DNA from: Kineococcus radiotolerans SRS30216 = ATCC BAA-149
GTDB taxonomy: Bacteria; Actinomycetota; Actinomycetes; Actinomycetales; Kineococcaceae
Reading direction: 5' to 3'
Length of the DNA stretch: 32,000 bases
NCBI RefSeq assembly: GCF_000017305.1
Contig: NC_009664.2
Coordinates: 1,380,001-1,412,000, forward strand
The translations under genes were made by a program, and so were the position numbers. The notes under the pieces were generated by a model. It did no database searches, was not told where the DNA came from, and saw only the letters and a program-made list of their open reading frames with translations. Positions 15,881 through 24,234 of the stretch are shown in pieces (the first letter of the stretch is position 1; the number at the start of each line of letters is the position of its first letter).

Positions 15881-17193
15881 GGTCGGACCTCCAGGGACGT
15901 TCGCGGCGACGGTCGTCGCACGGTGTGCGGTGTCGTGCGCCCCGCGGCTCCGGCCGGCGGGGACGTGATGGCGGGGTCGTCGGCGCCGGACCCGGCGCCG
16001 GCACCCGGCTCGGCGGCGGGCCGGGGTTCGGCTGTGGCGGCCAGACCGGGCAGCCGCAGCGTGAAGGTGGACCCCTCGCCCTCGGCGCTCCAGACCAGGA
16101 CCTCGCCGCCGTGGTTGCCCGCCACGTGCTTGACGATGGACAACCCCAGGCCGGTGCCGCCGGTGGAGCGCGAACGCGCCGGGTCCACCCGGTAGAAGCG
16201 CTCGAAGATCCGGTTCAGGTCGGCCGCGCTGATCCCCACGCCGCGGTCGGAGACCGCGATGTCGACCGTGGGCACCTGCTGCCCCACGGCCTCGCCCGCG
16301 ACCCCGCCGGAACCCTCGCGCACCTCGACGACCACCCGGCTGCGCTCCGGGGAGTACGCCAGCGCGTTGTGCACCAGGTTGCGCAGGGCGGTCACGAGCA
16401 GCTCCCGGTCCCCGCGGACCTGCAGGCCGCGGCGGCCGGCCACGACGACCTCCGAACCGCGTCCCTGCGCCAGCGTGCCGACCCGGTCCACCGCCTCCGC
16501 GACCAGCGCGTCGACCTCGAGGACCTCCGGCTGCACGACGTGGTCGGCGGCCTGCAGGCGGGAGAGGTCGATGATCTCCTGGACCAGGGCGGTCAGCCGC
16601 ACGGCCTCCCGGCGCATCCGGCGGGAGAAGTGCCGCACCGCCTCGGGGTCGTCGGCGGCCTCCTCGACCGCCTCGGACAGCAGGGACAGCGCCCCCACCG
16701 GGGTCTTGAGCTCGTGGCTGACGTTGGCCACGAAGTCGCGGCGGACGGCCTCGATGCGGCGGGACTCGGTGCGGTCCTCCAGCAGCAGCAGCACGTGGTG
16801 GGGACCCAGCGGGGTCACCCGGGCCAGCACGACCGCCGGCGGGCGGCCCAGGCCCGAGCTCAGGTCCGTCTCGACCTCGCGGACGCGGCCGTCGCGGCGG
16901 CACGCCCGCACCATCTCCCGCAGCTCCGCGTCGGTCAGCTCGGTCCCGCTCACCACGCCGGCGGCGTAGGAGGCCGCGCTGGCCTTCACGACCTGGTCGT
17001 CGGCGGCGAGCACCACGGCGGAGGAGCGCAGGGCCGTGAGCACCTCGCTCACCCCGGCCGGCAGCGCGCCGGCGGACGGGGCGGGCGGCGCGGGCGGGTT
17101 CTGGAGCCGCTCGGAGATGCGGAACGCCGCGACCCCGGCGGCGCCGGTCAGCACGCCGACGAGGGCGGCGATCGAGTCGGACACCTCCAGCAC
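15877..17193 (-). CDS. senX3: Sensor histidine kinase (SenX3 / PhoR type)
   Basis: 438 aa. It has an N-terminal TM helix, a PAS-like region, the H-box FVANVSHELKTPVGAL, and N/G boxes (HNALAYSP, DRGVGI, GGTGLGLSIVKH). A low-complexity Ala/Pro/Gly tail precedes the overlap with regX3. Confidence 0.88.
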   Translation of the reverse strand: MLEVSDSIAALVGVLTGAAGVAAFRISERLQNPPAPPAPSAGALPAGVSEVLTALRSSAVVLAADDQVVKASAASYAAGVVSGTELTDAELREMVRACRRDGRVREVETDLSSGLGRPPAVVLARVTPLGPHHVLLLLEDRTESRRIEAVRRDFVANVSHELKTPVGALSLLSEAVEEAADDPEAVRHFSRRMRREAVRLTALVQEIIDLSRLQAADHVVQPEVLEVDALVAEAVDRVGTLAQGRGSEVVVAGRRGLQVRGDRELLVTALRNLVHNALAYSPERSRVVVEVREGSGGVAGEAVGQQVPTVDIAVSDRGVGISAADLNRIFERFYRVDPARSRSTGGTGLGLSIVKHVAGNHGGEVLVWSAEGEGSTFTLRLPGLAATAEPRPAAEPGAGAGSGADDPAITSPPAGAAGRTTPHTVRRPSPRTSLEVRP

Positions 17194-17263
17194 CCTGCAA
17201 GCCTACGGCGCGGCGCAGCCCGCTCCTCCCCCCGCGACCCGCGCGCCCGGGGGCGGCGCAGAT

Positions 17264-17296
17264 GTTCACCCGCGGGGAGACGCGCGTTCACCGAGC
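17264..17296 (+). promoter_or_regulatory. PHO-box-like direct repeats (GTTCACCCGCG ... GTTCACCGAGC, 22-bp spacing) in the senX3/phoU divergent region
   Basis: GTTCACC occurs at 17264 and 17286. Both resemble the 11-nt direct-repeat unit bound by Streptomyces PhoP. They lie 87-119 nt upstream of the phoU GTG. Confidence 0.45.
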
Positions 17297-17382
17297 CCTG
17301 CGAGCCTTCTGGCGTCACCATGGCCGGACCGGGCCCCCGCGGCGCCCTCGGAACCCGGCCACCACGAACCGGAGGACCTCTC

Positions 17383-18048
17383 GTGCGCAACGTTTACCAC
17401 GACGAACTGGTGGGCCTGGTCGACACCCTCGTCGAGATGACCCAGCTGGCCGAGTCGGCCATGACGCGCGCGACCACCGCCCTGCTCGACGCCGACCGCG
17501 AGCTCGCCGAGACGGTGATCTCCGCCGACAGCCGCATCGACCAGCTGCAGCGCGACCTCGAGGAGCGGGCCGTCGACGTCCTCGCCCGCCAGTCCCCCGT
17601 CGCCACCGACCTGCGCGTTGTCGTCACCGCCCTGCGGATGAGCTCCAGCCTCGAGCGGATGGGCGACCTCGCCCGCCACGTGGCCAAGCTGGCCCGGCTG
17701 CGCCACCCCGAGCCCGTCGTCCCGGCCGAGCTGCGGGCCACCGTCCTGCAGATGGGCCAGGTCGCCGAGCGCATCGTGGCCAAGGCGGGCAGCGTCATCG
17801 CCACCCGCGACGTGCAGGTGGCCGCCCAGATCGAGGTCGACGACGACGAGATGGACCAGCTGCACCGGCAGGTCTTCGAGCAGCTGCTCTCGCGCAGCTG
17901 GGACCACCCCACCGAGGTCGCGGTGGACCTCACGCTGTGCAGCCGCTACTACGAGCGGTTCGCCGACCACGCCGTGTCCGTGGCCAAGTCGGTCGTCTTC
18001 CTGGTCACCGGTTCGCGCGAGGAGGACGTTGCGGCGCAGACGGTCTGA
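17383..18048 (+). CDS. phoU: Phosphate signalling complex protein PhoU
   Basis: 221 aa starting VRNVYHDELVGLVDTLVEMT, with segments ...DSRIDQLQRDLEERAVDVLARQSPVATDLR... and ...RYYERFADHAVSVAK.... It shows the two PhoU repeats. GGAGGA lies 7 nt upstream of GTG 17383. The gene is divergent from the kinase, as in Streptomyces phoU-phoRP. Confidence 0.92.
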   Translation: MRNVYHDELVGLVDTLVEMTQLAESAMTRATTALLDADRELAETVISADSRIDQLQRDLEERAVDVLARQSPVATDLRVVVTALRMSSSLERMGDLARHVAKLARLRHPEPVVPAELRATVLQMGQVAERIVAKAGSVIATRDVQVAAQIEVDDDEMDQLHRQVFEQLLSRSWDHPTEVAVDLTLCSRYYERFADHAVSVAKSVVFLVTGSREEDVAAQTV

Positions 18049-18107
18049 GCCGCGACCCCGGGCCCCGCAGCCCCCGTTCCGGGAGCGCCGCCGCGCGCGA
18101 GCGGGTG

Positions 18108-18113
18108 TAGCGT
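18108..18113 (+). promoter_or_regulatory. Candidate -10 hexamer TAGCGT, 7 nt upstream of GTG 18121 (leaderless pattern)
   Basis: The sequence reads TAGCGT-cctcgag-GTG(18121). Confidence 0.35.
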
Positions 18114-18120
18114 CCTCGAG

Positions 18121-18786
18121 GTGATCACGCGGTGGGGCCCACGGCGGTCCCTGCTGGGCCTGACGGGCTGCGCCCTGGTGGCGGGCCCGCTCCTGCTGGG
18201 CTGCGGCGGCTCCGACACCCCGGACCCCACCCCGACCACGACGACGACCACCGCGACCGTCCCGGCCACCACCCCGGTCACCGGCCCGACGTCGAGCGGC
18301 CCCACCAGCAGCGCCCCCGCCTTCGACTGCGCCTCGGTCGACGCGGCCCAGGACGCCCTCGACGCCGCCTACGCCGCCGAGCTCGACCGGCTCGGGATCG
18401 GTCGCGGGGACGCGCAGGCGCAGTCGGTGCTGACCCTCGTGACGACGACGGAGGGGCCGGCCTACTACGCGGCCGTGCTCGCCGCCGCCCCGCCCGCGCA
18501 GTCCGCGGACGCGCAGGCGGTGCTGGACTACTACCAGCGCCTCGCCGCCTGGGCCGGGGACCTCGACGCCGGGTCCGGCTCGGCGGAGGACCTGGCCGCG
18601 GCCATGGACCGCCTCGACGAGGCGACCCTCGCCGTCAGCCCGGACGCGGACACCGCCGGCCGGGTGGTGGCCACCCAGGAACGGCTGCGGGCCGCCGTCG
18701 AGCGCGACTGCGCGGACGCCACCGCGACCCCGTCGGGCCCGACGAGCAGCCCCGCCGGGCCGACGGCGACGAGCACCGCGGGCTGA
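18121..18786 (+). CDS. Putative lipoprotein with a Thr/Pro-rich linker, function unknown
   Basis: 221 aa. The signal-like N-terminus has the lipobox LLLGCGG, followed by the PDPTPTTTTTTATVPATTPVTGPTSS linker and an Ala-rich helical domain with two Cys residues. Confidence 0.7.
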   Translation: MITRWGPRRSLLGLTGCALVAGPLLLGCGGSDTPDPTPTTTTTTATVPATTPVTGPTSSGPTSSAPAFDCASVDAAQDALDAAYAAELDRLGIGRGDAQAQSVLTLVTTTEGPAYYAAVLAAAPPAQSADAQAVLDYYQRLAAWAGDLDAGSGSAEDLAAAMDRLDEATLAVSPDADTAGRVVATQERLRAAVERDCADATATPSGPTSSPAGPTATSTAG

Positions 18787-18795
18787 GCGGGCCCC

Positions 18796-19935
18796 TCAGC
18801 GACGCAGCAACCCCGCCAGCACCTGCGCGACCTCGACCGCCGCCGCGCCCTGGTCGAAGTCCCACGCCCGCGCCGGGGCCCCCGCGGCCTTGGCGCGCAG
18901 CGGCCCCGGGTCGCGGGCGAAGGCCAGCATCGCCTCGGCGAGGGCGTCCGGGTCCTCGGCGGGCACGAGGTCGCCGACGGCGCCGCCGCGCAGGACGTGG
19001 TGCGGGCCCGTCGGGCAGTCCGTGGCGATGACGGGGCGGCCGTGGGCCAGCGCCTCCAGCAGCACCAGGCTGCCGTTGCCCTCGTAGCGCGAGGACAGCA
19101 CGAAGGCGTCCGCCCCGGCGAGACGGGCCTGCAGGTCGTCGACGTGACCGGGGAACTCGACCCGCTCCCCCAGGCCGAGGCCCTCGGCCTGCCGGCGCAG
19201 CGCACCGCCCAGCTCCCCCGCGCCGACGATCTCCAGCTCGACGTCGGCGCCCGCGGCCACGACCCGGGCGAACGCGGCGAGGAGGACGTCGAAGCCCTTC
19301 TGCTCCGCCAGCCGCCCGGCCGCGAGGAAGCGGGTGCGTCCCGACGCCGAGCGGCGCGGACCGCCCTGGGCCTCCACGGCGCGCAGGGTCGCGGCGACGT
19401 CGATGCCGACGTCGGCGACGTGGACGCGCTGGGCGGGCAGCCCGACCTCCACGACGTCGTCGACCAGCCCCGGGGAGACGCAGACGGCCGCGTCGACGCG
19501 CCGGTGGACGGCGCTCAGCAGCGGGCGCAGGCGGGCCGGGGTCCAGGCCGCGACCGCGCGCGGCAGCGAGCTCTGCACCAGGACCACGAACGGGGTGCCG
19601 GTGAGCCGCGCCGCGGCCCAGCCGATGAGCAGCCCGTGGCCGACCTCGCTGCCGGACACCACGACGTCGGCCCGGCGGACCTGGCGCAGGGTGTTGAGGA
19701 CGGCCCGGGGGGCCGCGCTGCGGAAGCGGCGCACCCGCGCGCTCCCCCAGCGGAGGTCCAGCGCCGGGTCGGGCCGGAGCATCGGCCCGTCCGGCGCGAC
19801 GTTCTCCAGGACGAGGAACCGGACGCGGGCGCCGAGGTCCTGCCAGCGCCGGGCCAGGTCCACCGAGACGCGCAGGCCCCCGTTGTCGCGCAGGGCCCCC
19901 TCGACCAGCAGGACGCGGGGACCGAGCGCGGCCAC
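18796..19935 (-). CDS. Glycosyltransferase (GT-B fold, family 4 / Glycos_transf_1 type)
   Basis: 379 aa from GTG 19935 (VAALGPRVLLVEGALRDNGG...). The C-terminal half carries the Glycos_transf_1 pattern (GRLAEQKGFDVLLAAF...VLSSRYEGNGSLVLLEALAHGRPVIATD). The N-terminal extension in the track ORF is shadow sequence overlapping gpmA. Confidence 0.8.
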   Translation of the reverse strand: MAALGPRVLLVEGALRDNGGLRVSVDLARRWQDLGARVRFLVLENVAPDGPMLRPDPALDLRWGSARVRRFRSAAPRAVLNTLRQVRRADVVVSGSEVGHGLLIGWAAARLTGTPFVVLVQSSLPRAVAAWTPARLRPLLSAVHRRVDAAVCVSPGLVDDVVEVGLPAQRVHVADVGIDVAATLRAVEAQGGPRRSASGRTRFLAAGRLAEQKGFDVLLAAFARVVAAGADVELEIVGAGELGGALRRQAEGLGLGERVEFPGHVDDLQARLAGADAFVLSSRYEGNGSLVLLEALAHGRPVIATDCPTGPHHVLRGGAVGDLVPAEDPDALAEAMLAFARDPGPLRAKAAGAPARAWDFDQGAAAVEVAQVLAGLLRR

Positions 19936-19943
19936 CGGGCGGC

Positions 19944-20696
19944 TCAGCGGCCCTGGTTGGCGACGGCGGCCGCGGCCGCGGCCGCGGCGGCGGGGTCGAG
20001 GTACTCCCCGCCGGGGACGAGGGGCTTCAGGTCCGCGTCCAGGCGGTACACCAGCGGGATGCCGGTGGGGATGTTCAGCCCCGCGATGTCGGCGTCGGAG
20101 ACGCCGTCGAGGTGCTTCACCAGCGCGCGCAGCGAGTTGCCGTGGGCGGCGAGCAGGACCGTCCGCCCGGCCCGCAGGTCGGGGACGACCGACTCGGTCC
20201 AGTAGGGCAGCATGCGGGCCACGACGTCGGCCAGGCACTCGGTGGCCGGCATGTCGTCGCCGAGCCCGGCGTAGCGCGGGTCGCCGTCCTGGGAGAACTC
20301 CGAACCCGCCTCGATGGCCGGCGGCGGGGTGTCGTAGGAGCGGCGCCAGAGCATGAACTGCTCCTCGCCGAACTCCGCCAGCGTCTGCTTCTTGTCCTTG
20401 CCCTGCAGCGCCCCGTAGTGGCGCTCGTTGAGCCGCCAGGACCGCTTCACGTCGATCCAGTGCCGGTCGGCGGCGTCGAGGGCGAGGAACGCCGTCGTGA
20501 TCGCGCGCCGCAGCACGGAGGTGTGGACGACGTCGGGCAGGACGCCGTTCTCGACGAGCATCCGCCCCCCGGCCGCGGCCTCGGCCCGGCCCTTCTCCGA
20601 GAGGGCCACGTCGACCCACCCGGTGAACAGGTTCAGGGCGTTCCACTCGCTCTCGCCGTGCCGCAGGAGGACGAGGGTGTGCGCCGCTTCAGTCAT
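19944..20696 (-). CDS. gpmA: 2,3-bisphosphoglycerate-dependent phosphoglycerate mutase
   Basis: 250 aa with the catalytic [23 protein letters not shown] motif and the conserved AVANQG C-terminal tail. Confidence 0.95.
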   Translation of the reverse strand: MTEAAHTLVLLRHGESEWNALNLFTGWVDVALSEKGRAEAAAGGRMLVENGVLPDVVHTSVLRRAITTAFLALDAADRHWIDVKRSWRLNERHYGALQGKDKKQTLAEFGEEQFMLWRRSYDTPPPAIEAGSEFSQDGDPRYAGLGDDMPATECLADVVARMLPYWTESVVPDLRAGRTVLLAAHGNSLRALVKHLDGVSDADIAGLNIPTGIPLVYRLDADLKPLVPGGEYLDPAAAAAAAAAVANQGR

Positions 20697-20705
20697 GGCT
20701 GGAGC

Positions 20706-22013
20706 CTACCGAGGGTCCGCGCCGCGTTCGGCCGCCCGGTCCTGCACCGCCCGCCGGTAGACCTCGAGGGTGGCCTCGGCGGTCGCGCCCCAGCCGAAGC
20801 CCTGGGCCCGGCGGGCGGCCCGGGCCCCCATCGCGGTGCGCCGGGCGGGGTCGTCGAGGAGGGTGCGCAGCGCCGCGGCCCAGCTGCGGGGGGTGTGGTC
20901 GGGCACGAGCAGGCCCGTGCCCTCCCCCGTCCCGGCCCCCGCGCCGTCGTCGAGGACGGCGGTGCGCAGCCCCCCCACCGCGGCGGCGACGACGGGCGTG
21001 GCGCAGGCCTGGGCCTCCAGGGCGACCAGCCCGAAGGACTCGTTGTGGGAGGGCACCGCGACGACGTCGGCGGCGCGGTAGTGGTCGGCGAGCTCGGCCC
21101 GCGCCACCGGCGGGGCCATCCGCACGACGTCCTCCAGGTCCAGGGAGCGGACGAGGTCGGCGAGGGAGTCCGGGTGCGCGGTCCCGGAGCCGCTGGGCCC
21201 GCCGAGGACGACGACCCGCAGCCGCGAGCGCCGCCAGGGCTGCTCCCGCAGCAGCTCCGCGGTGGCGCGCACGAGCAGGTCGGGGGCCTTGAGGGGCTGG
21301 ATGCGACCCACGAACAGCAGCACCTCCGCGTCCGCGGGCACCCCCAGTCGGGCGCGGGAGGCCGCGCGCCCGGGGGCGGGGGCGAAGGTCGCCAGGTCCA
21401 CCCCGGGAGGCACGACGACGACCTTCGCCGGGTCCGCGCCGTAGAGGTCGATCAGCTCGCGGCGCTCGGCGTCGGTGTTGGCCACGAGCCGGTCGGCGGC
21501 CTCGACGACCTGCTGCTCGCCGATGACCCGCCCGGCCGGTTCGGGGGCGTCCCCCTCGGCGAGGGCGGCGTTCTTGACCTTGGCCATGGTGTGCATCGAG
21601 TGCACGAGCGGCACGTCCCAGCGGTCGGCGGTGAGCCAGCCGACCTGCCCGGAGAGCCAGTAGTGCGAGTGCACGAGGTCGTAGTGGCGCTCGGCGTGGC
21701 GGGCCTCGGCGTGCAGCATCCCGGCGGTGAAGGCGCACAGCTGGCCGGGCAGGTCGTCCTTGGCCAGCCCCTCGTAGGGGCCCGCGGCGACGTGGCGGAC
21801 CCGGACCCCGTCGGCGGTCTCGACGACGGGCGGCTGCTCGGAGGAGGTCCGCCGGGTGAAGACCTCGACCTCGACGCCGCGCCGGGCGAGCTGGGTGGCG
21901 AGCTCGACGACGTAGACGTTCATGCCCCCGGCGTCGCCGGTGCCGGGCTGGGCCAGCGGTGAGGTGTGCACGGACAGCAGGGCGACCCGCTGGACCGACG
22001 ACGAGCGGCGCAC
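20706..22013 (-). CDS. mshA: D-inositol-3-phosphate glycosyltransferase (mycothiol biosynthesis)
   Basis: 435 aa. The N-terminus [31 protein letters not shown] is the MshA hallmark. It sits next to gpmA as in mycobacteria. AGGAGG lies 7 nt upstream of GTG 22013. Confidence 0.92.
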   Translation of the reverse strand: MRRSSSVQRVALLSVHTSPLAQPGTGDAGGMNVYVVELATQLARRGVEVEVFTRRTSSEQPPVVETADGVRVRHVAAGPYEGLAKDDLPGQLCAFTAGMLHAEARHAERHYDLVHSHYWLSGQVGWLTADRWDVPLVHSMHTMAKVKNAALAEGDAPEPAGRVIGEQQVVEAADRLVANTDAERRELIDLYGADPAKVVVVPPGVDLATFAPAPGRAASRARLGVPADAEVLLFVGRIQPLKAPDLLVRATAELLREQPWRRSRLRVVVLGGPSGSGTAHPDSLADLVRSLDLEDVVRMAPPVARAELADHYRAADVVAVPSHNESFGLVALEAQACATPVVAAAVGGLRTAVLDDGAGAGTGEGTGLLVPDHTPRSWAAALRTLLDDPARRTAMGARAARRAQGFGWGATAEATLEVYRRAVQDRAAERGADPR

Positions 22014-22033
22014 CCGTGGTCCTCCTGCTCGAC

Positions 22034-22039
22034 TAGTGT
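22034..22039 (+). promoter_or_regulatory. Candidate -10 hexamer TAGTGT, 6 nt upstream of GTG 22046 (leaderless pattern)
   Basis: The sequence reads TAGTGT-cccgac-GTG(22046). The whole divergent intergenic region is only 32 bp. Confidence 0.35.
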
Positions 22040-22045
22040 CCCGAC

Positions 22046-22918
22046 GTGCCCCGGCAGTCTGCCTCCCGCGTCCGCGCGGACGCCTCCGGGGTTCGCTCCA
22101 GCGGCCCCGCGGCCCCCGCGCCGGTGGGGGCGGTGACGCGCGGGACGACGGGCCCGGACCGGCTGCGGCGGGTGGAGCGGTGGCTGGCGGGCACCCAGGG
22201 CGCCCGGCTGCGGCGGGCGGAGGACCCGCTGGTGGTAGACCTGGGCTACGGGGCGTCGCCGGTGACGGTGACCGACCTGCAGCGCCGGCTGCGGGCGGTG
22301 CGGCCCGACGTGCGGGTGGTGGGCCTGGAGATCTCCCCCGAGCGCGTCGACCTCGCCCGGCGGCGGGTGGCCGGGGTCCCCGGGGCGCCGGAGTTCGCGG
22401 TGGGCGGTTTCGAGCTGGCGGTCCCCGGCGGGGGGTCGCCGGTGCTGGTCCGGGCCTTCAACGTGCTGCGGCAGTACGAGACCGGGGAGGTGCTCGCGAC
22501 CTGGGACCTCATGCGCTCGCGCCTGGCCCCGGGGGGTCTGGTGGTGGACGGGACGTGCGACGAGCTGGGCCGCCGGGCCTGCTGGGTCGCCCTGGAGCGC
22601 GAGGCGGGACCGGTGTCGCTGACGGTCTCGGTGCGGCTGGCGGGGCTGCCGGCCCCCTCGGCGGTGGCGGAGCGGCTGCCGAAGGTGCTCATCCACCGCA
22701 ACGTGGCCGGCGAGGGCGTCCACGACCTGCTGCGCGCCGCGGACGTGGCCTGGGCGCGGGCGGCGCCGGCGGGGACGTTCGGGGTGCGGCAGCGCTGGGT
22801 GGCGACCTGCCGCGACCTCGCGCGGGACTGGCCGGTCCTGGGCTCCCCGGCGCGCTGGCGGCTGGGCGAGCTCACCGTGGCCTGGGACTGCGTCGCCCCC
22901 CGCGCGGGCGGGGCGTGA
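22046..22918 (+). CDS. Probable class I SAM-dependent methyltransferase
   Basis: 290 aa. It has a motif I-like [12 protein letters not shown] followed by [11 protein letters not shown] and [10 protein letters not shown], a Rossmann-type methyltransferase arrangement. The assignment comes from motif reading only. Confidence 0.55.
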   Translation: MPRQSASRVRADASGVRSSGPAAPAPVGAVTRGTTGPDRLRRVERWLAGTQGARLRRAEDPLVVDLGYGASPVTVTDLQRRLRAVRPDVRVVGLEISPERVDLARRRVAGVPGAPEFAVGGFELAVPGGGSPVLVRAFNVLRQYETGEVLATWDLMRSRLAPGGLVVDGTCDELGRRACWVALEREAGPVSLTVSVRLAGLPAPSAVAERLPKVLIHRNVAGEGVHDLLRAADVAWARAAPAGTFGVRQRWVATCRDLARDWPVLGSPARWRLGELTVAWDCVAPRAGGA

Positions 22919-22956
22919 CCGGCCGCCCGGCGGAGGCGTCGGGGACGCGGGGGCTC

Positions 22957-23382
22957 TCAGGCGTCGAGCAGGATGGTGGTGGGGCCGTCGTTGACGAGCT
23001 CGACGGCCATGTCGGCGCCGAAGCGGCCGGTCTCGACGGGCAGGCCGTGGCCCCGCAGCGCGTCGGCCACGGCGTCGACGAGGGGTTGCGCGACGTCCCC
23101 GGGGGCGGCGGCGTTCCAGGTGGGGCGCCGGCCCTTGCGGGTGTCGGCGTAGAGGGTGAACTGGCTGACCAGCAGGACCGGGGCGCCGACGTCGGCGGCG
23201 GCGCGCTCCCCGCGCAGGATCCGCAGCTGGGCGACCTTGCGGGCGATGAGCTCGACCTGGGCGGGACCGTCGTCGTGGGTGACGCCGAGCAGGACGAGCA
23301 GGCCGGGACCGTCGACCGCCCCCACGACCTCCCCCTCGACGGTGACGCGGGCGCGGGTGACGCGCTGGACGACGGCACGCAC
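22957..23382 (-). CDS. dtd: D-aminoacyl-tRNA deacylase
   Basis: 141 aa starting [21 protein letters not shown], with the conserved motif [17 protein letters not shown] and the C-terminal ...[12 protein letters not shown]. Confidence 0.93.
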   Translation of the reverse strand: MRAVVQRVTRARVTVEGEVVGAVDGPGLLVLLGVTHDDGPAQVELIARKVAQLRILRGERAAADVGAPVLLVSQFTLYADTRKGRRPTWNAAAPGDVAQPLVDAVADALRGHGLPVETGRFGADMAVELVNDGPTTILLDA

Positions 23383-23474
23383 GGCGGGTTCCTCCTCTGC
23401 TCCGTCCGGGTGGACGGGTGGTGACGATCCGGTGGACCCCGGCTGAACCTCACCCGACGGGAAGGTTGCGCGCC

Positions 23475-23480
23475 TACCAT
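23475..23480 (+). promoter_or_regulatory. Candidate -10 hexamer TACCAT, 6 nt upstream of GTG 23487 (leaderless pattern)
   Basis: The sequence reads TACCAT-cgggag-GTG(23487). Confidence 0.35.
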
Positions 23481-23486
23481 CGGGAG

Positions 23487-23807
23487 GTGCTCCACTCCCT
23501 GCTCGCCGTCCCCGTGGTGATCCCCGTGACCCTGCTGGCCCTGGCGGTCTGCACGGCCGGGGCCCTCGCCCGGCCGCGGGTCGAGACGGGTCTGGTCCTG
23601 GGGCTGCTGGCCGCGATCTGGTCGCGGGTCAACACCCCCGTGGAGGGGCGGATCCTGCACACCTGGACCGCTGACCGGGGGTTCACCGAAGCCGACCTGC
23701 TGTCGGTGGCCGCGCTGGCGGTCGCCCTGCTCACCCTGCTGCGGTGCGCCCACCGGGTGCTGCGCCGGCCCGCCCGGCGCGACGGGGCGGTGGCCGGAGC
23801 CCGCTGA
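23487..23807 (+). CDS. Small hypothetical membrane protein (about 3 TM helices)
   Basis: 106 aa from GTG 23487 ([27 protein letters not shown]...). The sequence is hydrophobic and GC3 is very high. The track ORF begins at 23418, but the -10-like hexamer favours 23487, so the start is uncertain. Confidence 0.5.
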   Translation: MLHSLLAVPVVIPVTLLALAVCTAGALARPRVETGLVLGLLAAIWSRVNTPVEGRILHTWTADRGFTEADLLSVAALAVALLTLLRCAHRVLRRPARRDGAVAGAR

Positions 23808-23810
23808 GGC

Positions 23811-24158
23811 TCACCAGGGGCCGTAGGGCCCCTGGTTCCCCCCGCGGCCACCGCGGTCGCCGCGCTTGGGGCCACCGCCGTACTGGCGCACCGCGGGCCG
23901 GACGTCGGCGAGGTACACGGAGGCGCCGACGACGGCGAGGATCCCGAAGATCCCCAGGATCGAGAAGATCGAGACGAACCCGATCGCGGTCGCGACCGCG
24001 ACGATCACCGTCCAGAAGGTCTTGGTGCGCTTGCCGGCCGCGACGAACGCCCCCGCCGGACGGCGCAGGCAGTCGACGAGCGCCCACAGGCACAAGCCGA
24101 ACGCCGCGACCCCGAGGATCAGCAGCACGCCGTTCTGCAGGTTGTTCAGCAGCTCCAC
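23811..24158 (-). CDS. DUF2516 family small membrane protein
   Basis: 115 aa starting VELLNNLQNGVLLILGVAAFGLCLWALVDCL, with the KRTKTFW motif, three hydrophobic segments and a Gly/Arg-rich tail. Confidence 0.75.
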   Translation of the reverse strand: MELLNNLQNGVLLILGVAAFGLCLWALVDCLRRPAGAFVAAGKRTKTFWTVIVAVATAIGFVSIFSILGIFGILAVVGASVYLADVRPAVRQYGGGPKRGDRGGRGGNQGPYGPW

Positions 24159-24164
24159 ACCTGA

Positions 24165-24170
24165 ACTCTA
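24165..24170 (-). promoter_or_regulatory. Candidate -10 hexamer TAGAGT, 6 nt upstream of GTG 24158 (leaderless pattern)
   Basis: The minus strand reads TAGAGT-tcaggt-GTG. Confidence 0.35.
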
Positions 24171-24197
24171 CGAGTGGTGGGGCGGATCCGTTCCGCG

Positions 24198-24229
24198 GTT
24201 CACCCGCCCACCCCGGCGGTTCCCCCGGA
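24198..24229 (+). promoter_or_regulatory. PHO-box-like repeats GTTCACCCGCC ... GTTCCCCCGGA (21-bp spacing)
   Basis: The first 11-mer is identical to the one upstream of ppk1 (29806). The repeats lie just upstream of the -35 position of the putative DUF2516 promoter but in the opposite orientation. Confidence 0.3.
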
Positions 24230-24234
24230 CGGGG

